Positions 50,136 through 60,920 of a stretch of DNA of 64,000 nt are shown here, one piece after another. The stretch lies in assembly GCA_022711395.1 (NCBI GenBank), contig JAKLFA010000005.1, positions 132,302-196,301 on the forward strand, in the 5' to 3' direction. This DNA comes from Candidatus Omnitrophota bacterium. GTDB lineage: Bacteria > Omnitrophota > Gorgyraeia > Zapsychrales > JANLHA01. How positions within the stretch are numbered: position 1 is the stretch's first letter; every line of letters begins with the position of its first letter. The notes beneath the pieces were generated by a model. The model had not been told where the DNA came from and searched no databases. It saw only the letters and a program-made list of their open reading frames with translations. A program made the position numbers and the translations under genes.

Positions 50136-50262
50136 GAAGGGATTGGTCCCGTTCTTGTATCGCAGAATTTCCCGTTTTTTCTGTCAAAAGACGTCTTGCA
50201 AGCGCCCCCTTTTTCCGCTAGAATAAATCCGCTTCTTTAATATCAATATAAATATTATAACT

Positions 50263-51195
50263 ATGAAAAAATATACAGTAGGTGTGGATGTCGGCGGGAC
50301 GAACGTCAAGTTTGGCCTCATTGACCCCGCTGGGGTTGTCCTTCATCGAAACCGTTTAGTCACAAAATCTTACGGTTCTGATAAAAACAAGCTCATTAAG
50401 GCTTTGGCTGATGGGGTTCTGGGTCTGATCGCGGCCAGCGGTATTTCCAAGGCTCAGGTCGCAGGGGTGGGGATCGGCCTTCCGGGCCTGGTGAATCCAA
50501 AAGACGGCCTTGTCATTTTTCTGCCCAACATTCCGGGATGGCGGAATGTTCCGTTAAAGTCAAGACTTGAAAAACATTCAGGGCTGCCGGTCTATCTGGA
50601 AAACGACGTGAACCTTATTACGCTTGGTGAATGGGGGTTTGGCGCAGGATGCGGATGCCGCAATATGATCGGCATGACCTTAGGCACGGGCGTTGGCGCC
50701 GGGTTGATCCTGGACGGGAAATTGTATCGGGGGGAAGGGTTCGCCGCCGGTGAATTGGGTCATATGCCGATCAATTTTGAAGGGCCGCGCTGCAATTGCG
50801 GTTCGTTCGCTTGTTTTGAGACATTTGTCGGTAACGGCCGGCTTCAGCAGCGCGCGGCGGATATTTTTCAGCGTGCGGATATCGCGCTTGAGGATGTTTT
50901 TCAGCTGGCGAAGTCCGGCAACGCGAAGGCCCTGCGTTTTTGGCAGGAGACCGGAGAAACGATCGGGACCGGTCTGATCGGGGCCGTGAACCTGCTTAAC
51001 CCGACGCATATCGTGATCGGAGGAGGGGTTTCGCGCAGCCATCAGTTCTTGTTTCCGGCGATCCGCCGGACTATCAAGGCGAGGGCCATGGCCGTCCAAG
51101 GGCGGATGGTCAAGATCGTGCGCGCCCGTTTAGGGGATGATGCCGGTATTATCGGGGCTCAAATTTTAGTTAACCAGGAACAGCAGGCAAAATGA
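50263..51195 (+). CDS. ROK-family sugar kinase (glucokinase/N-acetylhexosamine kinase-like)
   Basis: N-terminal GVDVGGT ATP motif; ROK zinc motif CNCGSFAC. Confidence 0.85.
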   Translation: MKKYTVGVDVGGTNVKFGLIDPAGVVLHRNRLVTKSYGSDKNKLIKALADGVLGLIAASGISKAQVAGVGIGLPGLVNPKDGLVIFLPNIPGWRNVPLKSRLEKHSGLPVYLENDVNLITLGEWGFGAGCGCRNMIGMTLGTGVGAGLILDGKLYRGEGFAAGELGHMPINFEGPRCNCGSFACFETFVGNGRLQQRAADIFQRADIALEDVFQLAKSGNAKALRFWQETGETIGTGLIGAVNLLNPTHIVIGGGVSRSHQFLFPAIRRTIKARAMAVQGRMVKIVRARLGDDAGIIGAQILVNQEQQAK

Positions 51196-51196
51196 T

Positions 51197-53308
51197 ATGA
51201 GAAAATTTCTTATTCGATGCGCGTGTGTGATGTTCTGTGTGATGATTTTGAACCCTTCTGCCAGCCACGCTCAGCAGGAGCTGTCCGCCGTTGAGATCGA
51301 CGGCGATCAGATGGAATACTCGGTCGAAGATAACAAGGTCGTCGCCAGCGGCAATGTCATCGTTTCCAAAGGGGATGTCCGTTTGAAGGCGGACAGGATC
51401 GAATATTTCAGGGATTCGCAAGAGGCGGTGGCTGAGGGGAACGTCGTTTTGGAACGCGGCGGACAGCGTTTAGAAGGCCGGAACATGACCTTCAATTTCA
51501 AGACCATGGTCGGCGGGTTTGAAGAGCCGGAGATGGTCGCCCCGCCGTTGTTCGGCAAGGGAGAGCGCATCATGCGCCTGGACGATGAGCATTTCCGGAT
51601 CTATGACGGTTATGTGACGACATCGGATTTTGATGATCCGGAGACGCGCGTCACGGCGCGCACGATCGATGTTTATCCGGAAGATAAAGCGGTCGCGCGG
51701 AACGTGAAATTCAAGATCGGGAAGGTCCCGGTCTTTTATTTGCCGCGCTACACTTATGATCTGAAACACCGCAAGCCCACCATTGTTTTGACCCCGGGGT
51801 ATTCCGGTGAATGGGGCGGTTTTGTTCTGGGAAGATATCATTACAATACCCCGGAAAATTACGAGCTGGTCTTTCACGCGGATGTGCGCGAACGCAAGGG
51901 TTTCGGCTGGGGGGTCGATGATATTTATAGAACGGAAAACTTCGGGAGGGGTATCCTGCGGACCTATTACACGCATGAACGGGATATCGGCAGCAACCGC
52001 CTTTGGGATGATTATCAAACGGTCGTCGAAAAAGAACGCTACAAAGCGGACTGGCGGCATCGGTGGAACGTGGATGATGAGACAACGGTGGTGGCCCAAT
52101 ATTATAAATTGAGCGACAGCGAATTTTTGAAGGATTATTTTGAATCGGAATATGACCAGGATTCCAGCCCGGAAAGCTATGTGGTGGCCTCCCGCGCGAT
52201 GTCCTACGGGACGCTTGCCGCGCGCGCGGATTACCGGGTCAATCAGTTCGTCAGCACCGTTGAGCGCCTGCCGGAAGTGAAGTATTCCTTGCCCAGCGCG
52301 GAGATCCTTGATTCAGGATTTTATTTTAAGAACAGCAGTTCATATTCCAATCTTGTCAAACAGGAAGCCAATCCCAGCGATAATGACCGACGGACGCAGC
52401 GGGTGGACTTTTCCAATGAATTGTCCAGGCCCTGGAAGATCGGTTTTATCGAGACGCGTCCTTTTGTGGGGACGCGGCAGACGTATTACAGCAGGGCTGT
52501 CAATCCCGATCATTACGATACCGTGCGGGGGGTTTTTGAAACAGGGATGGATGCCAGCACCAAATTTTACCGGACCTATGACGCCCGGACCAACATCCTG
52601 GGGCTGGATATTAATCAGCTTCGCCACGTGATCACTCCCTCGGCCGCGTATTTATACCGCCATGATCCGACCATCACCGCGACCCAGCTTGACCAGTATG
52701 ACGGGGTGGACGCGCTGACTCATCAGGACCGGGTCAAATTATCCCTGGAGAACAAACTTCAGACCAAACGGGAAGACCAGAGCGTGGATTTGGTGCGGAC
52801 CTCGGTCTATACGCATTATCTGTTTAATGAAGAAGGCGCGCGCAACAGCAAATGGGACAACTGGTTCATGGATGTGGAAGTCATTCCGTATAGCTGGTTA
52901 AGTTTTTATGTCGACGGGGAATATGATGTGGACCTTAAAGATATCCAAACGGCGAACTTTGAAATGTATATCAACGATCCCGGGAAGTTGTGGTATCTGC
53001 GTTTCGCCGACCGTTATGAAAAGAACCTGGATAATCAGATCGACACCGAGGTCGGCGTGAAGCTGAACCCCAAATGGGATTTTCGCGTCCGGCAGCGTTA
53101 TGATATCCAGTCCGGGCAGAGTAAGGAGCAGGAGTATGGTTTTGTGAGGGACCTTCACACCTGGCTCATGCATTTGACCTTTAATAAGCGGCAATTTGAT
53201 GGGGAAGAGTTCTGGGTCATGTTTTCGCTCAAGGAGTTCCCGGATTTGAGGTTCAGCGCCTCCCGGGCCTGGAGCGGCGGGGCGGAACGACCGGGCTACG
53301 CCAAGTAA
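51197..53308 (+). CDS. lptD: LPS-assembly protein LptD (OstA family)
   Basis: 703 aa; signal peptide, OstA-like N-domain (VEIDGDQMEY...GNVIVSKGDVRLKADRIEY), large C-terminal beta-barrel. Confidence 0.85.
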   Translation: MRKFLIRCACVMFCVMILNPSASHAQQELSAVEIDGDQMEYSVEDNKVVASGNVIVSKGDVRLKADRIEYFRDSQEAVAEGNVVLERGGQRLEGRNMTFNFKTMVGGFEEPEMVAPPLFGKGERIMRLDDEHFRIYDGYVTTSDFDDPETRVTARTIDVYPEDKAVARNVKFKIGKVPVFYLPRYTYDLKHRKPTIVLTPGYSGEWGGFVLGRYHYNTPENYELVFHADVRERKGFGWGVDDIYRTENFGRGILRTYYTHERDIGSNRLWDDYQTVVEKERYKADWRHRWNVDDETTVVAQYYKLSDSEFLKDYFESEYDQDSSPESYVVASRAMSYGTLAARADYRVNQFVSTVERLPEVKYSLPSAEILDSGFYFKNSSSYSNLVKQEANPSDNDRRTQRVDFSNELSRPWKIGFIETRPFVGTRQTYYSRAVNPDHYDTVRGVFETGMDASTKFYRTYDARTNILGLDINQLRHVITPSAAYLYRHDPTITATQLDQYDGVDALTHQDRVKLSLENKLQTKREDQSVDLVRTSVYTHYLFNEEGARNSKWDNWFMDVEVIPYSWLSFYVDGEYDVDLKDIQTANFEMYINDPGKLWYLRFADRYEKNLDNQIDTEVGVKLNPKWDFRVRQRYDIQSGQSKEQEYGFVRDLHTWLMHLTFNKRQFDGEEFWVMFSLKEFPDLRFSASRAWSGGAERPGYAK

Positions 53309-53335
53309 GAAAGTTTTGATAAGAAAGGATGTCGC

Positions 53336-54673
53336 ATGAATATCGCAGTCATCGGCGCGGGATATGTCGGGCTGGTCACCGGTGTGTGTCTGGCGGAGAT
53401 CGGCCATAAAGTCATCTGTATAGACAATGATGAGAAAAAGATCAAGGCCCTTAAGCAGGGGGCGTGCCCGATCTATGAGCCGGGCCTCGAGCAGATGATG
53501 GCCGGCCTGTGCAAAAAGAAGCGGTTGAGCTTTACGACGTCGATCCGGGAGGCGACCCAAAGATCGGAAGTGATCTTCATCGCGGTCGGGACGCCTTCGA
53601 AAAAGAACGGCGATGCTGACCTGACCTATGTGGAGAACGTGGCCCGACAGATCGCTGAGAATATGGACAGCTATAAACTGATCGTGGAGAAATCCACTGT
53701 GCCGGCCGAGACCGGCCAGCGAGTCAAGCGCACGATCATGCTGAACCTTCCGCAGAAATACCGCAAAGGAAAGAACGCTGTGGCATTCGACGTGGCGTCA
53801 AACCCCGAATTCTTGCGGGAAGGGTCCGCCATTGAGGATTTCATGAACCCGGACCGTGTGGTCATCGGCGTGGAATCAAAAAAAGCGGAAGAGCTTCTGC
53901 GTGAGGTGTATAAGCCTTTAAAACCGAAGATGGTCGTGACTAATATCAATTCAGCGGAGATCATCAAGCATGCTTCCAATTCTTTTTTGGCGACCAAGAT
54001 CTCCTTCGCGAACGCGCTTTCGCAGATCTGCGACCGGGTGGGGGCGGACGTGCTGAAAGTCGCGGAGGGTATGGGGTATGATAAAAGGATCGGCCGCTCA
54101 TTTTTGAACGCCGGCGTCGGTTACGGCGGAAGCTGTTTTCCGAAGGATGTCGATGCTTTTATCCGTCTGAGCCAACGCAGCGGTTATGAGTTCGAGCTTT
54201 TGAAAGAGGTTCGCAATATCAATGAGCTTCAGAAGAGAGCGTTCGTTCAATTCATTGAAGACAAGCTCTGGATCCTGAAAGGAAAGACGATCGGCGTCCT
54301 GGGGCTGGCCTTTAAGCCGGACACGGATGATATGCGCAAGGCCCCATCGATCGATATCATCCAGATGTTTTTGGCGGAAGGGGCCAGGGTCCGGGCATAT
54401 GACCCTCAGGCAACGGAGAACGCGAAAAAGGTCATGAAGAAAGCAGCGTATTTCAAGGATGCTTATACGATGGCCAAAGGTTGTGATTGTTTGGTCCTTT
54501 TGACGGAGTGGGAGGAATTCAGCCGCCTTGATTTCAGGCGTTTGGCGAAACTGATGAAACAGCCCATTCTTTTCGACGGAAGGAATTTTTACTGGCAGCA
54601 CGGCCTGGAGAAGTTCGGGTTTGAATATCACGGGATCGGTCGCGGCCAGGGCGGCTTAAAAGGTTCTGTTTAA
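53336..54673 (+). CDS. ugd: UDP-glucose 6-dehydrogenase
   Basis: 445 aa; NAD motif IGAGYVGL, catalytic Cys in GGSCFPKD. Confidence 0.9.
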   Translation: MNIAVIGAGYVGLVTGVCLAEIGHKVICIDNDEKKIKALKQGACPIYEPGLEQMMAGLCKKKRLSFTTSIREATQRSEVIFIAVGTPSKKNGDADLTYVENVARQIAENMDSYKLIVEKSTVPAETGQRVKRTIMLNLPQKYRKGKNAVAFDVASNPEFLREGSAIEDFMNPDRVVIGVESKKAEELLREVYKPLKPKMVVTNINSAEIIKHASNSFLATKISFANALSQICDRVGADVLKVAEGMGYDKRIGRSFLNAGVGYGGSCFPKDVDAFIRLSQRSGYEFELLKEVRNINELQKRAFVQFIEDKLWILKGKTIGVLGLAFKPDTDDMRKAPSIDIIQMFLAEGARVRAYDPQATENAKKVMKKAAYFKDAYTMAKGCDCLVLLTEWEEFSRLDFRRLAKLMKQPILFDGRNFYWQHGLEKFGFEYHGIGRGQGGLKGSV

Positions 54674-54692
54674 CGAGAAAGAGAGTCCGCGG

Positions 54693-55997
54693 ATGAGCGC
54701 GCAGCTTTTAAAGAAAATAAAAACGAAAAAGGCGGTTGTTTCTGTCCTGGGGTTGGGATATGTCGGGCTTCCCTTGGCGGTGAATTTCGCCAAGGCGGGG
54801 TTTACGGTCTGCGGGTTTGACACGGATGAGGACCGGGTGAACAGGGTGTCGACCCGGAAAAGCTATATCGCTGATATTCCGCAGAAGGACCTTGCGGGCG
54901 TTGTGCGCAGCGGGCATCTTTCGGCCACAACGGATTTCAGCAGATTGTCGGAAACGGACGTTGTGATCATCTGCGTGCCGACGCCTCTTAAGAGCAAATA
55001 CACACCGGACGTGTCTTATATTATCGGGGCGGTGCGGATCCTGAGAAAGTATTTGAAACGCGGGGTTCTGGTCGTTCTTGAGAGCACGACCTATCCGGGG
55101 ACGACCAGGGAAATGATCCAGCCGGAACTGGAGAAGTCGGGCCTCAAAGCGGGGAAGGATTTCTTTTTGGCGTTCTCTCCGGAGCGCATCGACCCGGGCA
55201 ACAAGGTCTATGACGTGACCCGCATCCCGAAAGTTGTGGGAGGCTTGGACGCCCAAAGCGCGAAACTTACCAAAGAGCTTTATTCCAAGATCATCAAAAC
55301 GATCCATCCGGTCTCTTCACCCGAGGCGGCGGAGATGACGAAGCTTTTGGAAAATTCGTTTCGGATCATCAATATCGGCTGGATCAATGAAGTGGCGATG
55401 ATGTGCGAAAAAATGGGCATTGATATCTGGGAGGTCATTGAGGCGGCCAAGACCAAGCCGTTCGGGTTCATGCCGTTCTATCCCGGCCTTGGGGTGGGCG
55501 GCCACTGCATTCCGGATGATCCATTGTATTTATATTGGAAGGCAAAGCGGTATGGGTTTGATTCGAAATATATCAAGCTCTCGGCGGACACCAACGCTCA
55601 GATGCCTGCCTATGTGATCCGTCGCATCGCCCAGGCCTTGCAGGAACGGAAAAAAACGTTGAAAAAGGCCAAGATCCTGGTCGTGGGAGTCACCTACAAA
55701 AAAGACGTGAGGGATTTGCGCAAATCACCGTCTTTGAACCTGATCCGGCTGCTGCAGGAACAGGTTTCTAAAGTTGATTATTTCGACCCGTTGATCCCAT
55801 ATCTTGAGATCTTCAATATCCATCAGAAAGTATCCGTGGTGCCGACACCGGAATCGCTGCGCCGTTATGATTGCGTGGTGATCGCCACGGACCATTCGCA
55901 GATCGATTATCAAAAACTGCTCAAACACGCGCGCCTGGTCTTTGATACGCGCAATGTCTATAAGTCTGTCCGAAGCGCGAAAGTGATTCGGTTATAA
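54693..55997 (+). CDS. UDP-N-acetyl-D-hexosamine 6-dehydrogenase (WbpA/TviB/WecC-like nucleotide-sugar dehydrogenase)
   Basis: 434 aa; LGLGYVGLP NAD motif, catalytic Cys GVGGHCIPDD. Confidence 0.85.
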   Translation: MSAQLLKKIKTKKAVVSVLGLGYVGLPLAVNFAKAGFTVCGFDTDEDRVNRVSTRKSYIADIPQKDLAGVVRSGHLSATTDFSRLSETDVVIICVPTPLKSKYTPDVSYIIGAVRILRKYLKRGVLVVLESTTYPGTTREMIQPELEKSGLKAGKDFFLAFSPERIDPGNKVYDVTRIPKVVGGLDAQSAKLTKELYSKIIKTIHPVSSPEAAEMTKLLENSFRIINIGWINEVAMMCEKMGIDIWEVIEAAKTKPFGFMPFYPGLGVGGHCIPDDPLYLYWKAKRYGFDSKYIKLSADTNAQMPAYVIRRIAQALQERKKTLKKAKILVVGVTYKKDVRDLRKSPSLNLIRLLQEQVSKVDYFDPLIPYLEIFNIHQKVSVVPTPESLRRYDCVVIATDHSQIDYQKLLKHARLVFDTRNVYKSVRSAKVIRL

Positions 55998-56009
55998 GGA
56001 GAGAAGTCC

Positions 56010-56963
56010 ATGGGGCGCAAAAAAAATGTGGTGATCACGGGAGGGGCGGGATTTTTAGGGAGCCATTTATGCGATCTGCTGTTGTCGGATGGCTATAAGG
56101 TCTTCTGTGTCGACAACCTGATCACCGGAAGCATGAAGAACATCGAGCATTTGAAGCGTGAACGATGTTTTGAATTCATTAAGCATGATATCTCCAAACC
56201 GATCACGATTTCAGGGCCGCTTGATTTCATCCTTCATTTTGCCTCTCCGGCGAGCCCGATCGATTATCTGATGTATCCGATCCAGACCTTGAAAGTGGGT
56301 TCTTTGGGGACGCACAATAGCCTGGGTCTTGCCAAGTGCAAGAAAGCGCGCTTTCTTCTGGCCTCGACGTCTGAAGTCTATGGGGACCCTCTGGAGCACC
56401 CTCAGAAGGAAACCTATTGGGGGCATGTGAACCCCATAGGCCCTCGGGGAGTCTATGATGAGGCAAAACGTTTCGCGGAAGCGATCACGCTGGCCTATCA
56501 CCGGTATCACAAGGTTGACGTCCGCATTGTCCGGATCTTCAACACCTACGGGCCGCGGATGCGCATTCACGACGGGAGAGTCGTTCCAAATTTTATTTAT
56601 CAGGCCCTGCGCGGCCAGCCGCTGACGGTTTACGGGGCGGGCCGGCAGACGCGATCATTCTGCCATTATTATGATCTGATCGAAGGGATCTACAGGCTGC
56701 TCCTTTCGGATCATGTGGGGCCGGTCAATATCGGGAATCCTTCTGAGTTCACGATCCTGCAGTTCGCTAAACTTGTGCTGAAACTTTCCGGCTCCAAGAG
56801 CGTGATCAAATATGAACCGCTGCCGACGGATGACCCAAAACGGCGCAAGCCGGATATTTCGCTTGCCAGGCGCCTGCTCAAATGGGAGCCGGTCGTGCAG
56901 TTGGAAGAAGGTTTGCGTGAGACCATTGCCTGGTTCCAGGAAAAAGGATGCCTTGAGAAATGA
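56010..56963 (+). CDS. UDP-glucuronate (or UDP-GlcNAcA) decarboxylase, UXS/ArnA-C-like SDR
   Basis: 317 aa; [18 protein letters not shown] YxxxK; high similarity to UDP-xylose synthases. Confidence 0.85.
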   Translation: MGRKKNVVITGGAGFLGSHLCDLLLSDGYKVFCVDNLITGSMKNIEHLKRERCFEFIKHDISKPITISGPLDFILHFASPASPIDYLMYPIQTLKVGSLGTHNSLGLAKCKKARFLLASTSEVYGDPLEHPQKETYWGHVNPIGPRGVYDEAKRFAEAITLAYHRYHKVDVRIVRIFNTYGPRMRIHDGRVVPNFIYQALRGQPLTVYGAGRQTRSFCHYYDLIEGIYRLLLSDHVGPVNIGNPSEFTILQFAKLVLKLSGSKSVIKYEPLPTDDPKRRKPDISLARRLLKWEPVVQLEEGLRETIAWFQEKGCLEK

Positions 56964-57964
56964 CCAATAAAGACTGTGCTCCCTTTCCCAATCCTGAATT
57001 AACGGCGGCAGCGGCAGCCGATTTCCTAACGAGAATGCTCATGATCCGCCGTGCCGAGCTTAAGATCGAAGAACTTTATCCTCTTGAACAGATGAAGACC
57101 CCGGTGCATTTGAGCCTAGGCCAGGAGGCTGTTTCCGCCGGCGTGTGCATGCATTTAAACCGGGATGATGCGGTCTTCAGCAATCACCGCAGTCACGGCC
57201 ATTACTTGGCCAAGGGCGGAAGCCTTAAGGAACTCATCGCGGAGCTTTATTGCCGTGAGACAGGCTGCTCCAAAGGCCGTGGGGGTTCCATGCATGTGAT
57301 CGCCAAAGATGCCGGTCATTGGGGAAGTTCTTCGATTGTTGCGGGCGCGACGCCCCACGCGGTGGGGGCGGCTTTGGCGTTTCAAATGCAAAAGAAAAAC
57401 GCCGTCGCGGTTTGTTTTTTAGGTGACGGGGCCTGTGAACAGGGGGTTTTTTTTGAGAGCATGAATTGGGCCGCGCTCAAAAAAGTCCCGGTGGTCTTTG
57501 TGATCGAGAATAACTTTTATTCGGTCAGCTCACACATTTCCGTGCGGGAGGTTAATGAATTTTTATACAAGCGCGCCTGGGCGTTCGATATTCCTTCGTT
57601 CAGGGTCGATGGAATGAACCCGCTGGATGTTTACGCTTCAGCGGCGGAAGCCGTTGAGCACGCGCGCTCGGGAAAGGGGCCGTTCGTCGTTGAATACGTT
57701 CTTCAGCGTTGGCGCATGCACGTCGGTCCGGGCGATCCTAACGCCGCGCTGTACCGTGCGCCCGAGGAGCTGCAGGCTGGCTATCAGCGTGACCCGATCA
57801 AAGAATTTGTTGAACATGTTCTTACGGCCGGGATATTGAAGGAGCAGGAGATCGCGCAGATCAGCTCGCGGGTCGATGGTGAGGTCGAAGAGGCATTTGT
57901 CTTCGCGCAGAACAGCCCGCTGCCTGACGGGGGGGATCTCGCGAAGTTTTTATTTGTCGACTAG
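56960..57964 (+). CDS. TPP-dependent dehydrogenase E1 component alpha subunit-like (sugar-modifying two-carbon transferase candidate)
   Basis: 334 aa; TPP-binding motif GDGACEQG...ENN; overlaps previous gene by 4 nt. Confidence 0.85.
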   Translation: MTNKDCAPFPNPELTAAAAADFLTRMLMIRRAELKIEELYPLEQMKTPVHLSLGQEAVSAGVCMHLNRDDAVFSNHRSHGHYLAKGGSLKELIAELYCRETGCSKGRGGSMHVIAKDAGHWGSSSIVAGATPHAVGAALAFQMQKKNAVAVCFLGDGACEQGVFFESMNWAALKKVPVVFVIENNFYSVSSHISVREVNEFLYKRAWAFDIPSFRVDGMNPLDVYASAAEAVEHARSGKGPFVVEYVLQRWRMHVGPGDPNAALYRAPEELQAGYQRDPIKEFVEHVLTAGILKEQEIAQISSRVDGEVEEAFVFAQNSPLPDGGDLAKFLFVD

Positions 57965-57988
57965 ATAACAGAAAGCTGTTTTTCAATT

Positions 57989-59044
57989 ATGCCATGGACC
58001 AAATTACAAGTTGAACGTGAAGAGCCGGCGTTTGATGAGAACGCAGGGGACAATGTCCGCAAACTGGATTTCGGGACTGCCTTGCTTGAAGCGCAGGACC
58101 AGGCGCTCGCGCGCGATCCGCGTGTTTTTGTCATGGGCCAGGGAGTGAATGACCCCAATGGCGCGTTCGGCACGACGAATGCCCTTTACAAGAAGTACGG
58201 CCTTGAACGCGTTTTTGACACGCCGCTCAACGAAGAGTCCACGATCGGCATCGCGCTGGGGGCCGCTATGGCGGGTATGCGTCCGGTGGTGGTCCATAAT
58301 CGTCCGGATTTTCTTTTGATGGCCATGGACCAGATCGTCAACCATGCCGCCAAGTGGAGCTATATGTTTGCCGGACAGGTTCCCTTGCCGGTGGTCATCC
58401 GCTCATGTGTCGGAAGGGGATGGGGGTCTGCGGCTCAGCATTCGCAAACTGTGCACGGGCTTTTTCATCATGTGCCGGGATTAAAGATCGTTCTGCCATC
58501 GACCGCTTATGATGCCAAGGGGCTTTTGATCTCAAGCATCGCTGACAATAATCCGGTTTTATTTTTTGAGCAGCGATGGCTTTATAAACATCAAAGCCAT
58601 GTCCCGGAGTATGTTTACGCGGTCCCGTTCGGCCAGGCCGCCGTGAAGCGGAAAGGAAAAGACGTGACGGTCGTCGCGGTATCGCACATGGTCATTGAAT
58701 CGTTGCGGGCGGCCGATGAGCTTGCTGCAGAGGGGATTGATGTCGAGGTGATCGACCCCCGGACGATCCGTCCGCTGGATATTGAGACGATCCTGGCTTC
58801 GGTCCGTAAGACCGGGCGGCTTGTGGTGGCGGACCTGGCCTGGACAACAGGAGGCTTCGCGGCGGAAGTTGTTGCCGTGGTTACAGAGCGGGCATTTCAT
58901 GGCCTGAAATGCGCTCCCAGGCGCGTGGCGTTTCCGGATCTTCCGACCCCGGCGGGATACACCCTGGAACAGGCGTTCTATCCAGGGGCGAAAGACATCA
59001 AAAAAGCAGTTCTGGAAATGGTTCGACCCAGCGAGAAGGTTTGA
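57989..59044 (+). CDS. TPP-dependent dehydrogenase E1 component beta subunit-like (transketolase-like Pyr and C-terminal domains)
   Basis: 351 aa; similarity to PdhB/AcoB family. Confidence 0.85.
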   Translation: MPWTKLQVEREEPAFDENAGDNVRKLDFGTALLEAQDQALARDPRVFVMGQGVNDPNGAFGTTNALYKKYGLERVFDTPLNEESTIGIALGAAMAGMRPVVVHNRPDFLLMAMDQIVNHAAKWSYMFAGQVPLPVVIRSCVGRGWGSAAQHSQTVHGLFHHVPGLKIVLPSTAYDAKGLLISSIADNNPVLFFEQRWLYKHQSHVPEYVYAVPFGQAAVKRKGKDVTVVAVSHMVIESLRAADELAAEGIDVEVIDPRTIRPLDIETILASVRKTGRLVVADLAWTTGGFAAEVVAVVTERAFHGLKCAPRRVAFPDLPTPAGYTLEQAFYPGAKDIKKAVLEMVRPSEKV

Positions 59045-59047
59045 GAT

Positions 59048-59983
59048 ATGGATGAACAATCGGTCATTTTTATCAGCGGAGGTAACGGTCTTAAGGCACG
59101 GGCCATCGCGGAACATTTTGGTTCCCTGGGCTATCGGCGCCTTTTGACAGCGCGTTCAGCCGGGCTGGATATCCTGAGCCGCGAAGCGGTTGATGATTTT
59201 TTCAAAGAATATCATCCTGCCTATGTGATCATAAGCCCACTGGCATCTGAGGAGCCCTCGGGCGTTGATAATCGTCCGGCAGAATATTTTTTGATGAACA
59301 TGCTGGGGCAGACGCATGTGATCGATGCCGCCTATCGCCATGGAGCGAAAAAACTTTTGTACTTGGCGGGCGGTGATGTTTACCCCCGTCAGTGTCCGCA
59401 GCCGATGAGGGAAGAATATATCGCCGCTGGTCCGTTATGCCCTTATAATCGGGCGAACGCTATCGCGCAGGCGGCCGGGATCGCGATGTGCCAGGTTTAC
59501 CGGAAGCAGTATCAGTTCAACGCGGTGGTCGCGGTCTCTTCCATGGTCTACGGCCCTTCGGGAGGGGAAGATGAGGGCCGGCAGGGATTTTTGTCTGAGA
59601 TGATCGATCTTTTTGTCGAGGCGGTAGCGGAAAACGCAAAGAAGGTCCGGATCGTCCGGAATCCCGATGTCCGCAGGGAATTTTTGTTCTCAGCGGACTT
59701 TGCCGAGGCCTGCGAATTTCTGTTGCGCCATTATGACGGGAAAGAGCCCGTGAACATTGGTTCCGGCGTGGATGTTTCGATCCGCGATCTTGCCGAAATG
59801 ATCAAAGACATTTCCGGGTTCGAAGGGGCCATTGAATATGATGGACGCGCGCATGACGAGGACTTTCAACGGCTTTTGGATGTCGCGTCCCTGCACACGA
59901 TGGGATGGATGGCCAGGACTGTCTTGCGGGAAGGCCTTGTGCGTTTGTGGGAGACGTCTTATAAGAAAGGATTGCTGATATGA
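59048..59983 (+). CDS. GDP-L-fucose synthase-like SDR (epimerase/reductase homolog, possibly non-canonical active site)
   Basis: 311 aa; Fcl/GER1-like fold (KKLLYLAGGDVYP, MVYGP); see finding about missing S/Y/K. Confidence 0.75.
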   Translation: MDEQSVIFISGGNGLKARAIAEHFGSLGYRRLLTARSAGLDILSREAVDDFFKEYHPAYVIISPLASEEPSGVDNRPAEYFLMNMLGQTHVIDAAYRHGAKKLLYLAGGDVYPRQCPQPMREEYIAAGPLCPYNRANAIAQAAGIAMCQVYRKQYQFNAVVAVSSMVYGPSGGEDEGRQGFLSEMIDLFVEAVAENAKKVRIVRNPDVRREFLFSADFAEACEFLLRHYDGKEPVNIGSGVDVSIRDLAEMIKDISGFEGAIEYDGRAHDEDFQRLLDVASLHTMGWMARTVLREGLVRLWETSYKKGLLI

Positions 59984-60912
59984 AGATCTTGGTTACCGGC
60001 GGGGCGGGTTACATCGGTTCGGTCCTGGTCCCGCGCCTTTTGAAAGAGGGCCACACGGTCACGGTTCTGGATAATTTCATGTATAAGCAGAGTTCGCTTT
60101 TAGATTGCTGCGTGGACCCAAAGCTTGAGGTCGTGCGGGGGGACGCGAGGGATCCCGCCCTGGTGGAGCGTCTCATGAAGACGGCGGACGCTATTTTTCC
60201 GCTGGCGTGCTTAACGGGCGCGCCGTTGTGCGCCATGGACCCGGATACGGCGCGCGGCGTGATCGTTGATGCGGTGCGAAAAATTCTGAAGGTCAAAAGC
60301 AAAGACCAGATCATTGTTTATCCGACCACAAACAGCGGTTACGGGATCGGGGAACGGGATAAGATGTGCACGGAAAAATCTCCGTTAAAGCCGGTGTCGC
60401 TATACGGTCGGTTGAAGGTGGAGGCGGAAGAAACGATTCTTCAGGCCGGAAACGCGATCACTTTAAGGCTGGCCACGGCATTCGGGGTCAGCCCGCGCAT
60501 GCGGCTGGACCTTCTGGTCAATGATTTTACTTACCGGGCGGTCTATGACCGTTATCTGGTGATCTTTGAGGCGAAGTTCCGCCGGAATTTTATTCACGTG
60601 CGTGACGTGGCCAAGGCGTTCTCTCACGCGTTGAACAATTTCGAAAAAATGAAGGACCAGGCCTATAACGTCGGGTTAAGCGACGCCAATTTGAGCAAAT
60701 GGCAGCTGTGTGAAGAGATCAAGAAATTGATCCCTGATTTTTATTTTGTTGAGTCGGACATCAATGAGGACCCGGATAAACGGGACTATATCGTCTCCAA
60801 CGAAAAGATCGAGGCGGCAGGGTTTAGGCCGGACCATTCGCTTCAGTCGGGCATTGTGGAATTGATCAAAGCCTATAAGATCATCAAACGCAACCAGTAT
60901 GCGAATATTTGA
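59980..60912 (+). CDS. NAD-dependent epimerase/dehydratase (extended SDR)
   Basis: 310 aa; VTGGAGYIGS Rossmann motif, YGRLK YxxxK. Confidence 0.8.
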   Translation: MKILVTGGAGYIGSVLVPRLLKEGHTVTVLDNFMYKQSSLLDCCVDPKLEVVRGDARDPALVERLMKTADAIFPLACLTGAPLCAMDPDTARGVIVDAVRKILKVKSKDQIIVYPTTNSGYGIGERDKMCTEKSPLKPVSLYGRLKVEAEETILQAGNAITLRLATAFGVSPRMRLDLLVNDFTYRAVYDRYLVIFEAKFRRNFIHVRDVAKAFSHALNNFEKMKDQAYNVGLSDANLSKWQLCEEIKKLIPDFYFVESDINEDPDKRDYIVSNEKIEAAGFRPDHSLQSGIVELIKAYKIIKRNQYANI

Positions 60913-60920
60913 AATGACAA

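Noticed and set aside
51470-52099. 209-aa and other minus-strand ORFs inside lptD
   Set aside because: Antisense shadows; LptD reading frame is continuous and homologous.
52898-53560. 220-aa minus-strand ORF spanning lptD/ugd junction
   Set aside because: Antisense to two well-supported genes.
54708-55307. 199-aa minus-strand ORF
   Set aside because: Antisense to the UDP-HexNAc dehydrogenase.
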